Positions 1 through 9,000 of a DNA stretch of 64,000 nucleotides are shown in pieces. The stretch is taken from contig JBEKNC010000003.1 of assembly GCA_049523215.1 (NCBI GenBank), forward strand, positions 263,394-327,393. The letters run 5' to 3'. The translations under genes and the position numbers were made by a program. The stretch's first letter is position 1. The number at the start of each line of letters is the position of its first letter. This DNA comes from Bacteroidota bacterium. Its GTDB lineage: Bacteria; Bacteroidota; Ignavibacteria; UBA10030. A model generated the notes under the pieces. That model was not told where the DNA came from. It saw nothing but the letters and a program-made list of their open reading frames with translations, and searched no databases.

Positions 1-262
1 TGAGGAATTTACCTCGTATTCTGTCATGTTCTTTTCCTGCACTCGTAAAGTGTTGTGAACCATCTATCTCAACAACCAATTTTTCTTTCCAGCATACAAA
101 ATCAACAATGTATTTCCCTATGGGCGTTTGACGTCTGAAATAATATTCTAGTTGCTTTCCACGAAGCCGTGACCAGAGTTTTTGTTCTCCGTCGGTCATG
201 GATTGACGAAATGCTCGTGCTCTGCCAACAGAGCCATGTCGATATTGCAAAGTTTCTGACAT
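1..262 (-). CDS. DUF559 domain protein (endonuclease-like), partial, runs off the window start
   Basis: The reverse-complement of 1-262 translates to MSETLQYRHGSVGRARAFRQSMTDGEQKLWSRLRGKQLEYYFRRQTPIGKYIVDFVCWKEKLVVEIDGSQHF... This is the typical DUF559 motif set (YxVDF, EIDG.QH). It is absent from the ORF track because it is cut by the window edge. Confidence 0.65.
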   Translation of the reverse strand, partial: MSETLQYRHGSVGRARAFRQSMTDGEQKLWSRLRGKQLEYYFRRQTPIGKYIVDFVCWKEKLVVEIDGSQHFTSAGKEHDRIRGKFL

Positions 263-401
263 TATTTTGAACCTCTCCCTAACCCTCTCCTACAAGGAGA
301 GGGTATATTCGCGCTTGGTTTTCCGATAGTCTATTTCTTTTTATCATCTATTACTCTCCTCCCCTGTAGGGGAGGAAAAAGGTGGGGTTGTCAATCTAAC
401 T

Positions 402-606
402 TCCCCTCCGCAATCTTTATCTCTCATTGTCATCCCCGTATGCTTCTAATGGGGATCCAGGATAAGGTTCTTTCCTCTTGCATTTTAATGTTATCCCTGT
501 TTCTGTTCGGGAGAATATTTATCCACGTCCATCTGTAGCCGATGTCGTTGGTTACATTATTTTTTACAGACCGCTTTATCGAACCCCCAGCCTTCGGCTT
601 CCCCCA
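402..606. repeat. Composite repeat copy 1: module A (402-525) plus module C (528-606)
   Basis: Module A consensus: cccctccacaatctttatctccaattgtcatccccRtatgcttctaatggggatccaggRtaaggttctt...ctgtttctgttcgg, with the internal hairpin atccccat/atggggat. Module C: ctgtagccgatgtcgttggttacattattttttacagaccgctttatcgaacccccagccttcggcttccccc. Both modules recur at 716-975, 1397-1766 and 4789-4930. Confidence 0.8.
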
Positions 607-715
607 ACCCCCCTTTGCTCCCCCCTTCAACGAAGGGGAGCGTATCACAACAATACGCGTAAGCGTATCACTAATAAAACGCAGACCACCTTTTAGCAGG
701 GGGGTTCAGCTTTTT

Positions 716-975
716 TCCTTCCACAATCTTCATCTCCAATTGTCATCCCCATATGCTTCTCATGGGGATCCAGGACAAGGTTTTTATCTTTTCTCTCATT
801 TGACGTTATCACTGTTTCTGTTTGGAAAAACATTTATCCTCGACAAACGCTCGCGGCTGTAATGATTTTTGCTTCTGTAGGGACACAACACGTTGTGTCC
901 TGTTTTTGGGCGCATCGTGATGCGCCCCTACGAGGATTTTCCTTTACCCCTCCGCCGCCGCCTTCTTCATCTCTG
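716..975. repeat. Composite repeat copy 2: module A (716-839) plus module B (840-975)
   Basis: Module B: tcgacaaacgctcgcggctgYaatgatttttgcttctgtagggacacaacacgttgtgtcctgtttttgggcgcatcgtgatgcgcccctacgaggattttcctttaccc.tccgccgcc..cttcttcatctctg. It contains two perfect hairpins (ggacacaac..gttgtgtcc and gggcgcatc..gatgcgccc). It is about 95 percent identical to 1631-1766. Confidence 0.8.
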
Positions 976-1378
976 CAAGTTTCGTGGCAAGATCTGCAGG
1001 CAATGCAACGAGAAGCGTTTTAATGTGTTTTGGGAAACGCCCATTATTTTTTTCTTTCTTAATAAGCTCCATCATTGATTTGTCTGTAAATGCAAACACA
1101 ATTTCCTGCGGTTTTTCACTGAGGGAACCTGCCCAAAAAGCATTCGAGCGGACTTTGGCAAGCTCATCTGCTCCAGGTTTATCGCCTGCCGTCTTACTTG
1201 AGCTCGTTGAGATAAAACAGACAATCTTTCCGTCTTCAGAGACAGCATCGCATTCAAATTCGCCGCCGGATTGCACCCCTAATTTCTGTTTTGAGAAGAC
1301 TTGATGATATTTCTTGGGAAGGAATTCGGTTCTTATCCAATTTTCAACATCTTTTGTTGCTAGCGTTGAGTCTGCCAT
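944..1378 (-). CDS. Hypothetical protein, 144 aa, sandwiched between repeat copies; the C-terminal 11 residues are encoded by repeat module B
   Basis: ORF with a plausible start. No motif could be assigned confidently. The segment GGEFECDAVSEDGKIVCFISTSS weakly resembles a PD-(D/E)xK-like strand pair. The 3' end (944-975) lies inside repeat module B. Confidence 0.35.
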   Translation of the reverse strand: MADSTLATKDVENWIRTEFLPKKYHQVFSKQKLGVQSGGEFECDAVSEDGKIVCFISTSSSKTAGDKPGADELAKVRSNAFWAGSLSEKPQEIVFAFTDKSMMELIKKEKNNGRFPKHIKTLLVALPADLATKLAEMKKAAAEG

Positions 1379-1396
1379 TGAATATTCCTTAGCGCT

Positions 1397-1766
1397 ACCT
1401 GTAGCTGATGTCGTTGGTTACATTATTTTTTACAGATCGCTTTATCGAACCCCCCAGCCTTCGGCTTCCCCCCTTTAAGAAAGGGGGGAGCAAGGGGGGT
1501 TAGGTCTTCCCCTCCACAATCTTTATCTCCAATTGTCATCCCCATATGCTTCTAATGGGGATCCAGGGTAAGGTTCTTACCTCTTGCATTTTATTGTTAT
1601 CTCCGTTTCTGTTCGGAAAAACATTTATCCTCGACAAACGCTCGCGGCTGCAATGATTTTTGCTTCTGTAGGGACACAACACGTTGTGTCCTGTTTTTGG
1701 GCGCATCGTGATGCGCCCCTACGAGGATTTTCCTTTACCCTTCCGCCGCCTTCTTCTTCATCTCTG
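1397..1766. repeat. Composite repeat copy 3: module C (1397-1476), a G-rich hairpin spacer, module A (1507-1630) and module B (1631-1766)
   Basis: Direct sequence match to the copies at 402-606 and 716-975. The spacer cccccctttaagaaagggggg is a perfect hairpin. Confidence 0.8.
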
Positions 1767-1921
1767 TTGTTATCGTTATACCCGCGGTTTTTGTAGAGAC
1801 GTCCCCACGATGTTTTCCCTTTTAACCTGCCGTTTGGCCGCTTCTCCATTTCATTCTTCATCCAGAAAAACCAAAGACCGCGCGCTGAAACACGTGCCCT
1901 TTCTCGGATGAGGTGCAATAT

Positions 1922-2755
1922 CTATTTTGTTGTGGATGAATCAGGGACGGCGTTTTTCACCGTTTCATTTCCTAATGTGCCTTGGCCCAATGTGAACATC
2001 TCGTAGTATGCATTCATCAACTTTGCCATCATCATGGTACCCGCTGAATTAACAAGTGCATCGTGATCCTCCGATGCGGCAAATACGAACAGCAACGTCA
2101 CTTTTCCCTTGAACGATTCCGGCAGTGCTATGTCGGAGCCTTCGAATGTTTTGACGCTGAACGAGGGAAGTGGTTTCCCAAGGTACGCATAAAAATCCTG
2201 CCCCTTGCCGAGCGTGAACAACGCCTTGGGTTTGGCATCCGCTTTTTCTTTTGCCAGGGTCGTTTGGAACGGACTTGTTTCGTCAACGGAGATCGCTTCC
2301 TTGCCATCAAGGTTCAACAGAAGTTCTTCCACTAACCGGTTGAAACGGCGCGGATCAAACATGGTCGATTGGCAATGTGCGCGAATGATTCCTTTCCGGT
2401 CGATGGCCAGTACAGTAAAATTGTTCGAATTAAGTTCCAGCACCGAATCGACGGCGGCAGAAAACGCCCTGCCCGAAGCGCTCTTTCCGCCAAACGATAT
2501 ACCGAACGCGCTTTGCGATTTCAGCTTCTTGTACGTCGAGTCGGCGAGTGTCGGGAACAGGAATGTCACATTCATTTTGTCCTTGAAGATCCCGCCGACA
2601 ACATGTTTGGCTGTGGTGAGGTCTTCTGCCATTCCGATTCCTACGATGTTGAGCTTCGGCAGAGGATTGTTGCTATATCGTTCAACAAGCTGGGCGGTCG
2701 CGATGGAACCACCTGTGATCAGGGCGATGAGCGTGATAACGATGATGCGTTGCAT
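1922..2755 (-). CDS. Secreted hypothetical protein with a degenerate (Cys-less) thioredoxin-like/redoxin-like region
   Basis: N-terminal signal peptide MQRIIVITLIALITGGSIATAQ. The segment GKVTLLFVFAASEDHD resembles the redoxin P-loop region, but the CxxC is replaced. The overlapping plus-strand ORF 2205-2885 is judged spurious. Confidence 0.4.
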   Translation of the reverse strand: MQRIIVITLIALITGGSIATAQLVERYSNNPLPKLNIVGIGMAEDLTTAKHVVGGIFKDKMNVTFLFPTLADSTYKKLKSQSAFGISFGGKSASGRAFSAAVDSVLELNSNNFTVLAIDRKGIIRAHCQSTMFDPRRFNRLVEELLLNLDGKEAISVDETSPFQTTLAKEKADAKPKALFTLGKGQDFYAYLGKPLPSFSVKTFEGSDIALPESFKGKVTLLFVFAASEDHDALVNSAGTMMMAKLMNAYYEMFTLGQGTLGNETVKNAVPDSSTTK

Positions 2756-3238
2756 GATAAGCTCCTTTCAACTGGGAACGGCGGCAGCGGATTGGGCTCC
2801 CCCCTTCAAACGATCCCGCCGTAATGCGTGGCCGACGTTACATCTATTGGTTAAAACTGTTCAATTACAGTTACAACAAAAGTAAACCTGAAATTCGTTA
2901 TATGCAAGAAAGACAGCAATTCGTTCCGTATCCAATTTTCAACATCTTTTGTTGCAATAGTCGAATCTGCCATTTTGTAATCGTTTCCCCAGAAATACTT
3001 CTTCCAACGTCTTTGCAGCCGTTAACTTTTTATAAGTAGATCTTCTCGCTCCCAAGCTCTGCTGGGGAGCGTTATTTAAGGAAGCTCTGCTTCCATAAAT
3101 CTTTACCGTTTTGTCTGTACATTAACCAATCAACGGTCTACCTTCAGGTTCTTCCATTATTTAAAGCAGAGCTTCGCCACCTTCCGTTCCCAAACGGAGT
3201 TTGGGAACGAGGGGAAAGCGGGATGGATCGGTACAAAT

Positions 3239-4147
3239 CTATTTTGTACTTTTCACTACACTCATCGCGGTAGCGATCATCGACGAAATATCGCCAAAGT
3301 TCGCCGGAAGAATTAACGTCGTACCCTGCTTTGCAAGATTACCGAATTGTTCCACCAATTTTTCAGCAACGCGTAATTGCACGGCTTCCATTCCGCCTTC
3401 CGACTTAGCTGCCGCTGCAACTGCTTTTACACCGTCTGCGGTTGCATTTGCGACCGCACGGATTGCTTCAGCTTGACCGCTTGCTTCGTTAATTTGTTTC
3501 TGTCGGACCGCTTCAGATTCAAGAACGACCTTCTGTTTCTGCCCTTCGGCAACGTTGATCGCGGACTGTTTTTCTCCTTCTGACTGCAAAATGATCGCCC
3601 GTTTTTCGCGTTCCGCCTGCATCTGTTTTTCCATCGCAATGAGTACAGTCTTCGGAGGGACGATGTTCTTAATTTCGTACCTCAGGATCTTTACGCCCCA
3701 TGTGCGTGATGCCTCATTGATTGCGCTTACGATCGCTGAATTGATCATTGTCCGTTCTTCAAACGTTTTATCCAGGTCGATCTTTCCAACTTCACTGCGC
3801 ATCGTGGTCTGCGACAGCTGCACGATGGAAAACATGTAATTGCTAATGCCATACGACGCCATCTGCGGATCAAACACCTGCACGAAAATCACACCGTCAA
3901 CCCCGACTTGAACGTTGTCCCTGGTGATACAGACCTGCTCAGGAATATCGATCGTCTGTTCTTTCAACGTATGTCTATAGGCGATTTTATCGATGAATGG
4001 AATAATGTAGCTCACTCCCGCATGCAGAGCGATGTGAAATTTACCAAGCCGCTCAACAACATATGCGCTTTGCTGTGGAACAACACGAACGCCGGTCATA
4101 ATTATGATGGCTGCAAGTACGGCGAGGACAATAAAAAATATTTCCAT
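3239..4147 (-). CDS. SPFH/band-7 (stomatin/QmcA-like) membrane protein
   Basis: N-terminal TM helix followed by a typical SPFH core (VVPQQSAYVVERLGKF...) and a C-terminal coiled-coil region rich in A/E/K/Q. Confidence 0.85.
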   Translation of the reverse strand: MEIFFIVLAVLAAIIIMTGVRVVPQQSAYVVERLGKFHIALHAGVSYIIPFIDKIAYRHTLKEQTIDIPEQVCITRDNVQVGVDGVIFVQVFDPQMASYGISNYMFSIVQLSQTTMRSEVGKIDLDKTFEERTMINSAIVSAINEASRTWGVKILRYEIKNIVPPKTVLIAMEKQMQAEREKRAIILQSEGEKQSAINVAEGQKQKVVLESEAVRQKQINEASGQAEAIRAVANATADGVKAVAAAAKSEGGMEAVQLRVAEKLVEQFGNLAKQGTTLILPANFGDISSMIATAMSVVKSTK

Positions 4148-4171
4148 AACAACTCCCTTCTTTTAAGTAGT

Positions 4172-4615
4172 TTATTCGATGAATTTGACTTTCGCCCGAA
4201 TTCCGTCTAATGAAACAATTTCGACTGTGCTCCCTTCGCGTATCGAATTGGTAGATTCACTGAAAGCAATCCATTCCGATCCTCGATAAGAAATCGCGCC
4301 TTCACCGCCGGCTGGAATCGCTTTTACTACCTTAACCCTTTGGCCTTTATAGTCCGGCGGTACATCATGACTGCCAAAGAATAATTTTTTCGCTGTTTTC
4401 CTGAGCACAAACAACAAGAGTAAAGAAGTAATAGAAAAAACTGCAAGCTGGCCGCTTAGTCCAGGCGTGATACCGGCCCAAGTGGTAATTGAGACAATCA
4501 GCGCACCTATTCCAAAGAATGTGAATACGAACGCAAAATGCGTGAGTTCGAGGATGATGAGGACAATTCCTATAATTGCCCAGACAATCACCGGGGACAT
4601 AAATGCTTCAAACAT
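4172..4615 (-). CDS. NfeD-family membrane protein (short form), partner of the stomatin-like protein
   Basis: Three N-terminal TM helices plus a C-terminal OB-fold-like beta domain (GQRVKVVKAIPAGGEGAISYRGSEWIAFSE). It is immediately upstream of, and co-oriented with, the SPFH gene, which is the canonical nfeD-SPFH operon. Confidence 0.7.
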   Translation of the reverse strand: MFEAFMSPVIVWAIIGIVLIILELTHFAFVFTFFGIGALIVSITTWAGITPGLSGQLAVFSITSLLLLFVLRKTAKKLFFGSHDVPPDYKGQRVKVVKAIPAGGEGAISYRGSEWIAFSESTNSIREGSTVEIVSLDGIRAKVKFIE

Positions 4616-4788
4616 GCTGTTAGTTCCTTTCCCTGTTTAGAATGCTTCCGTGTAGAACGTTATCGACGTAAAAAATACGACATTTTAATATCCAACTTGA
4701 CTGAATATAGACTAGTTTTTTAGGAATGGCAAATAGAGGTGGTTGGAATACTCATCGGTACACTCTGGCTTTCTCTAGTCACCATCTA

Positions 4789-4930
4789 CTCCTCCACAAT
4801 CTTTATCTCCAATTGTCATCCCCGTATGCTTCTAACGGGGATCCAGGATAAGGTTCTTATCTCTTGCATTTTAATGTTGACACTGTTTCTGTTCGGGAGA
4901 ACATTTACCGCATACATCTGTAGCCGATTT
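4789..4930. repeat. Composite repeat copy 4: module A plus truncated module C, immediately 3' of the EVE-domain gene
   Basis: ctcctccacaatctttatctccaattgtcatccccgtatgcttctaacggggatccaggataaggttctt...catctgtagccgat matches modules A and C. Confidence 0.8.
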
Positions 4931-4953
4931 GATTCTTTCTGAAAACTTCTTCA

Positions 4954-6063
4954 TCACATCGTCTCCGCCTCTTCGGTGTACTCATCTAGAACTGTGTCTT
5001 TCATGTATTCCAGATGACCTTGCTTGTGTAATTCGATTAACGAATCATAAGAAAGGAAAGTGCATGATTCTACAAGTGGACCCTTTTCCAGCAAGCTGAA
5101 AACAGGTCTGGTAATTTCTTGAAATACTTTTTCTCTTCTTTCTGCTGGTGCTACAATGTGAGCTTTAATGTCAAGGTTAGGTTGTAAGGCAAGTAGATCC
5201 GCCATTCTGAGTATTCCAGAATATATCGATGTCGTATGTTCGACTTCAAAAGCTCTCACGATTGAAGTACGTCGTATCCAAAGCACGTCGATCTGTTCAA
5301 TCGTGCGTAAAGTTGTGTCATCATAATTCATAGGGAGCGACTCTAGCAATGACCCCCCTTGCGGTTTCCATATGTCTAAGACTCGAGACCTATCACTGCG
5401 TGGAACCCATATCTTCATCCCCATTTTTTCGCCAATCTCTGCGAGTAAGGCCTGAATTTGAATGGACTGACGATGTTCTGCAATATCCAGTTTTTGTTCT
5501 TCTATCTCCTCTTCTGGAATTGAAACTGATATTTGCTTATTTAGTGGCGTGCGAATACTATGACCCTGGATCTTCTTTATATCCTCTTCAGAAAGTTCAT
5601 AATTAATGCTATTATGGGTCTGTTCTTTCAATACTCTTTCAAGAAACTCTCCATCATCGTTGTCTAGCTTAAACAGGCTACCTCTCACTCTATTGGTCCA
5701 ACTCTTGTCGTGTTTTGAAAGAGATTTTGTAAAAGAAAGTGTATTCCATACAAGGTCCTCATGGATAGGTACCGCCTTATTTAAATCAAGCCACACATCT
5801 GTTTGAACTTTGAATCTTACTGTGAATGGATCATCTTCAGGAATAAATATTGGTGTATTATCATTAAAACATTTGCTGGTTACTTCAAGAATTCCAACCC
5901 ATCTAGATATTTTTGTTACATAACAGAGAAATTTATCTCCTGGTTTTATCTTATCAGCGGTATTGCGCTGCCTCGGACGGAATCCAGAAATGTCTCTATT
6001 GGATTTGCCAAATGTCTGATATGTCTCTGGTGAAAAAAGATCAATGTAATATGCCATCAACAA
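4954..6063 (-). CDS. EVE (PUA-like) domain protein with a C-terminal uncharacterised, possibly nuclease, domain; candidate modified-DNA reader/restriction component
   Basis: The N-terminal roughly 130 aa (AYYIDLFSPETYQTF...IKPGDKFLCYVTKISRWVGILEVTS) fit the EVE/PUA-like pattern: aromatic residues, GD, Y.....W.G...V. The C-terminal roughly 160 aa (QIDVLWIRRTSIVRAFEVEHTT...) show D/E strand motifs reminiscent of a restriction-endonuclease-like fold. The gene lies directly downstream of the Type IIG gene on the same strand, with a 33-bp gap. Confidence 0.55.
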   Translation of the reverse strand: MLMAYYIDLFSPETYQTFGKSNRDISGFRPRQRNTADKIKPGDKFLCYVTKISRWVGILEVTSKCFNDNTPIFIPEDDPFTVRFKVQTDVWLDLNKAVPIHEDLVWNTLSFTKSLSKHDKSWTNRVRGSLFKLDNDDGEFLERVLKEQTHNSINYELSEEDIKKIQGHSIRTPLNKQISVSIPEEEIEEQKLDIAEHRQSIQIQALLAEIGEKMGMKIWVPRSDRSRVLDIWKPQGGSLLESLPMNYDDTTLRTIEQIDVLWIRRTSIVRAFEVEHTTSIYSGILRMADLLALQPNLDIKAHIVAPAERREKVFQEITRPVFSLLEKGPLVESCTFLSYDSLIELHKQGHLEYMKDTVLDEYTEEAETM

Positions 6064-6096
6064 GCCTCTTTGGTTTCACTAATCCTGGAACAGTTA

Positions 6097-9000
6097 TTAA
6101 GAATTCTTATTTTCTACTTTCCCCTCCACAATCTTTATCTCTTCCTCCGTCAACTCGTACAATTTATACACGATATCATCTATCTTTTTATCTGTGGCGG
6201 CGATTTGACGCTCGACGGGCTCTTTCTCACTGTCAAAATGGGATTTCTGCAATTGCTTGTTGAGTTCCAACATTTTCTCCACGAGCGACACGAGGTCATC
6301 GTGCATTTTCTTTTCGATGGGATTATTAAAATCGATGGCGCGGATAGGAAGTCTTTTAGCATTTTGAATTAATATTTTCTGAAAAACTTCTTTTGATTGA
6401 TCCAAATACTTATGCTTATGGTAAAAATTTATCAATTTGGAATTCAGAATTCCAAGAATATATTTAAGGCTACATTCAGCATCGTTTTTTAACAAAAGAT
6501 TGAAGGCTATTTGAGCATTATATAGCTCCTCCTCGGTGTAGCCGGCATAAATTCTGAGAGGCGAGCCACTTACAATTTGTCTCACTAATATTCGTGGTTC
6601 AGAAAAAAACCTCTGCTCTCTTGGTGCACCTAACCAATCACCGTAACTAATCCATTCTTTCCTACCCCAATCAACTAAGTAACGACTTATATCTTCACCG
6701 GAAAGAATTTTCTTAAAGGTTTTGTCCTTCTTTTTTGTTGAATGAAAGACTCTCTTTTCAATTTGTGCTTGTGTATGTCCTTTGTATTTGTCATATGGCG
6801 TCAAGCCAAGAGAAAAACCACAAACCGCTTCAAGATCGCGACCTATTTTTGACATTTTGTCTATTAAATGCAAAGCATCTGCATTAGAGAAAATATTGAA
6901 AGTACTATAGTCCTCGTTGCTCCAACTCTTTTGATTTATAAAACTATGTTTAAGTGCCTTATCGAAATCTATATGTCCGAGTCTTTCTGTCCGGTCAAAA
7001 ATAATTATTTCACATTTATCGTCATTTAGTACTTTTCTAATGGCAATCGTCAAAACAATAGTTTCCGCAACGACATTCTCAAAAACGCCATCGGGCAACC
7101 TTACAATTTGTTCAACCGCTGCATCTGTTAAGATTTTCTTCCTAAGTTTTGAATATGTGCTTTGAGTTAATATTGAATTAGGTATAATATAACCGAACCT
7201 GCCCTTGTTTTTTATTATACTAAGTGCTCTCTCAATAAATACCGCATACACATTCATCCTGTTTTCGGTTGTTTTGTACTTTTTAAAATAGTAATCAACC
7301 AAAGAAGGATCCAACCCTTTAATATCGATCCATGGCGGATTCCCAATTACCACATCGAAGCCGCCAGTCTTCATAATCTCAGAAAACTCTATTTCCCAGT
7401 CGAATGGGTTTACTTTGTGCCTCGCTTCTTCATCGAACATTTCTCCCTGTGAAGTAAAATCCGTGCCGATAAGTGAATTGCCGCATTTAATATTCTTCGC
7501 GAGCGACGGCAGGTACACTTCTTTTAATGCAAGCGTCATTTGCGGGTTCAGCGTTTCGGCATTTTCTCCTTCAAGCACTTTGAGATACAGCGACATCTGC
7601 GTTACTTCCACCGCCTGCCGATCAATATCCACACCGTAAATATTGTTTACTAAAATATCCCGCTTCTTGCGCGGGGAGAGATGGTAATTGCCGTCTGCGT
7701 CTTTGTAAGAATCAGGGACATTGTTTTCTGTTTTAATATCTTCAGGGTGCGCGGTGTACCATTCAATGTGGTAATCGATCAGTGTCTGGAATGCGCCGAG
7801 CAGGAACGATCCGCTTCCGCAAGCGATGTCGATGATCTTTAATTTTGAAACTTGTTTTGGTGAGAGCCTAAGTCGTTTGATTTCTGTAGCCGACGTCGCT
7901 GACGTCGGTTCTTCCTTTTTCCCGCGATCATCGATCGCGGCTACAATTTTTTCCTCATACAACAATTTACCCAGCGTATTATCCACAATATACTTGACGA
8001 TGTACTGCGGCGTGTAATACACTCCGCCTGCCTTCCGCACTTCCGGCTTTTCTTTTATTATTACATTTTTTGGCGCAAGATGAATTGTCTTGCCGAGGAA
8101 TTTTTCATAAATGCTGCCGAGTATCTCCACGCCGATCTCATTGAAGTGATATGGCGAGAACGGATAATTCAAGTTCTCTAAAATCTTAATCAACACTTCA
8201 TCGCCAACTTCCAACTCTTCGCATTGATGCTGACTAAAGAGCAGCCCATTATACAATGCGCGCCGCTGTTTGAATAAATCATTCAACAGCGAATACAACG
8301 ACAGACCGCGGCGTTCTTTCCACATCCGCAAGATGGCAAGCAGTGTATTTTCAACTTCTATTTCCCTGTCTTCGCACACGCGAATGAAGACGATGCGGTC
8401 AAGAATGCGCTGGACCGCTTCGTTGAGCGTATAATCATTCAGGAACCGACGGTTCTTCGGATGTTTTGCAATATCTCGCGCCAACTCTTCGCGCCATTTA
8501 GATAAATCTTCCAAAAATTCACGGTCGAGTGCAAAGTCGCCGGTGCGCTTCAACATCATCTTTTTTGTCAGCGCTTCCAGGGAACCACCTGCGACAGCAT
8601 CGCGCGAGAATGTATCGAAGAGACGTTCGAATTGATCTAAGTAATGCTTATACGTCAGATCGAAATCTTTGATGATGCCTAATTTCGGTTTCTCAAACGC
8701 AGGTCGCTGGGTGCAATCGAATGTGCGGAATTCTTCAAAGTCTGTAAGTATCGCAAGCGGCACGCGCCCGGAAAATCCGTACCGTTTTACCTGAAAGATC
8801 GCCGATTGGCTTTTTACAAGATCGACGTAGGGCTTTTTTGCTTCAACAAAGAATTTTGTTTGCCCGCCAATGCGAAATCGGTAATCCGGTTTTTTAACTG
8901 CCTCTTTAGAATTGGCTTTGTATTCATCCTCGGCAATATAATCCAGAATGGAAGCGTACTCTTTATACTCTTTGCCAAGAGTTTCTTTTTTCGGAAAGAG

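Noticed and set aside
1584-1918. Short ORFs (70-97 aa) inside repeat modules A/B at 1584-1918 and 478-1078
   Set aside because: They lie entirely within multi-copy repeat sequence and are read in different frames in different copies. Most likely non-coding.
2205-2885. 226-aa plus-strand ORF overlapping the secreted 277-aa gene
   Set aside because: Low-complexity translation (SSSTNRLKRRGS…) with no start context. The antisense partner has a clear signal peptide and a better coding appearance.
402-6142. Possible CRISPR array formed by the recurring repeats
   Set aside because: Repeat units are 80-135 bp, irregularly spaced, modular and in varying order. No short constant repeat/spacer periodicity and no cas genes.
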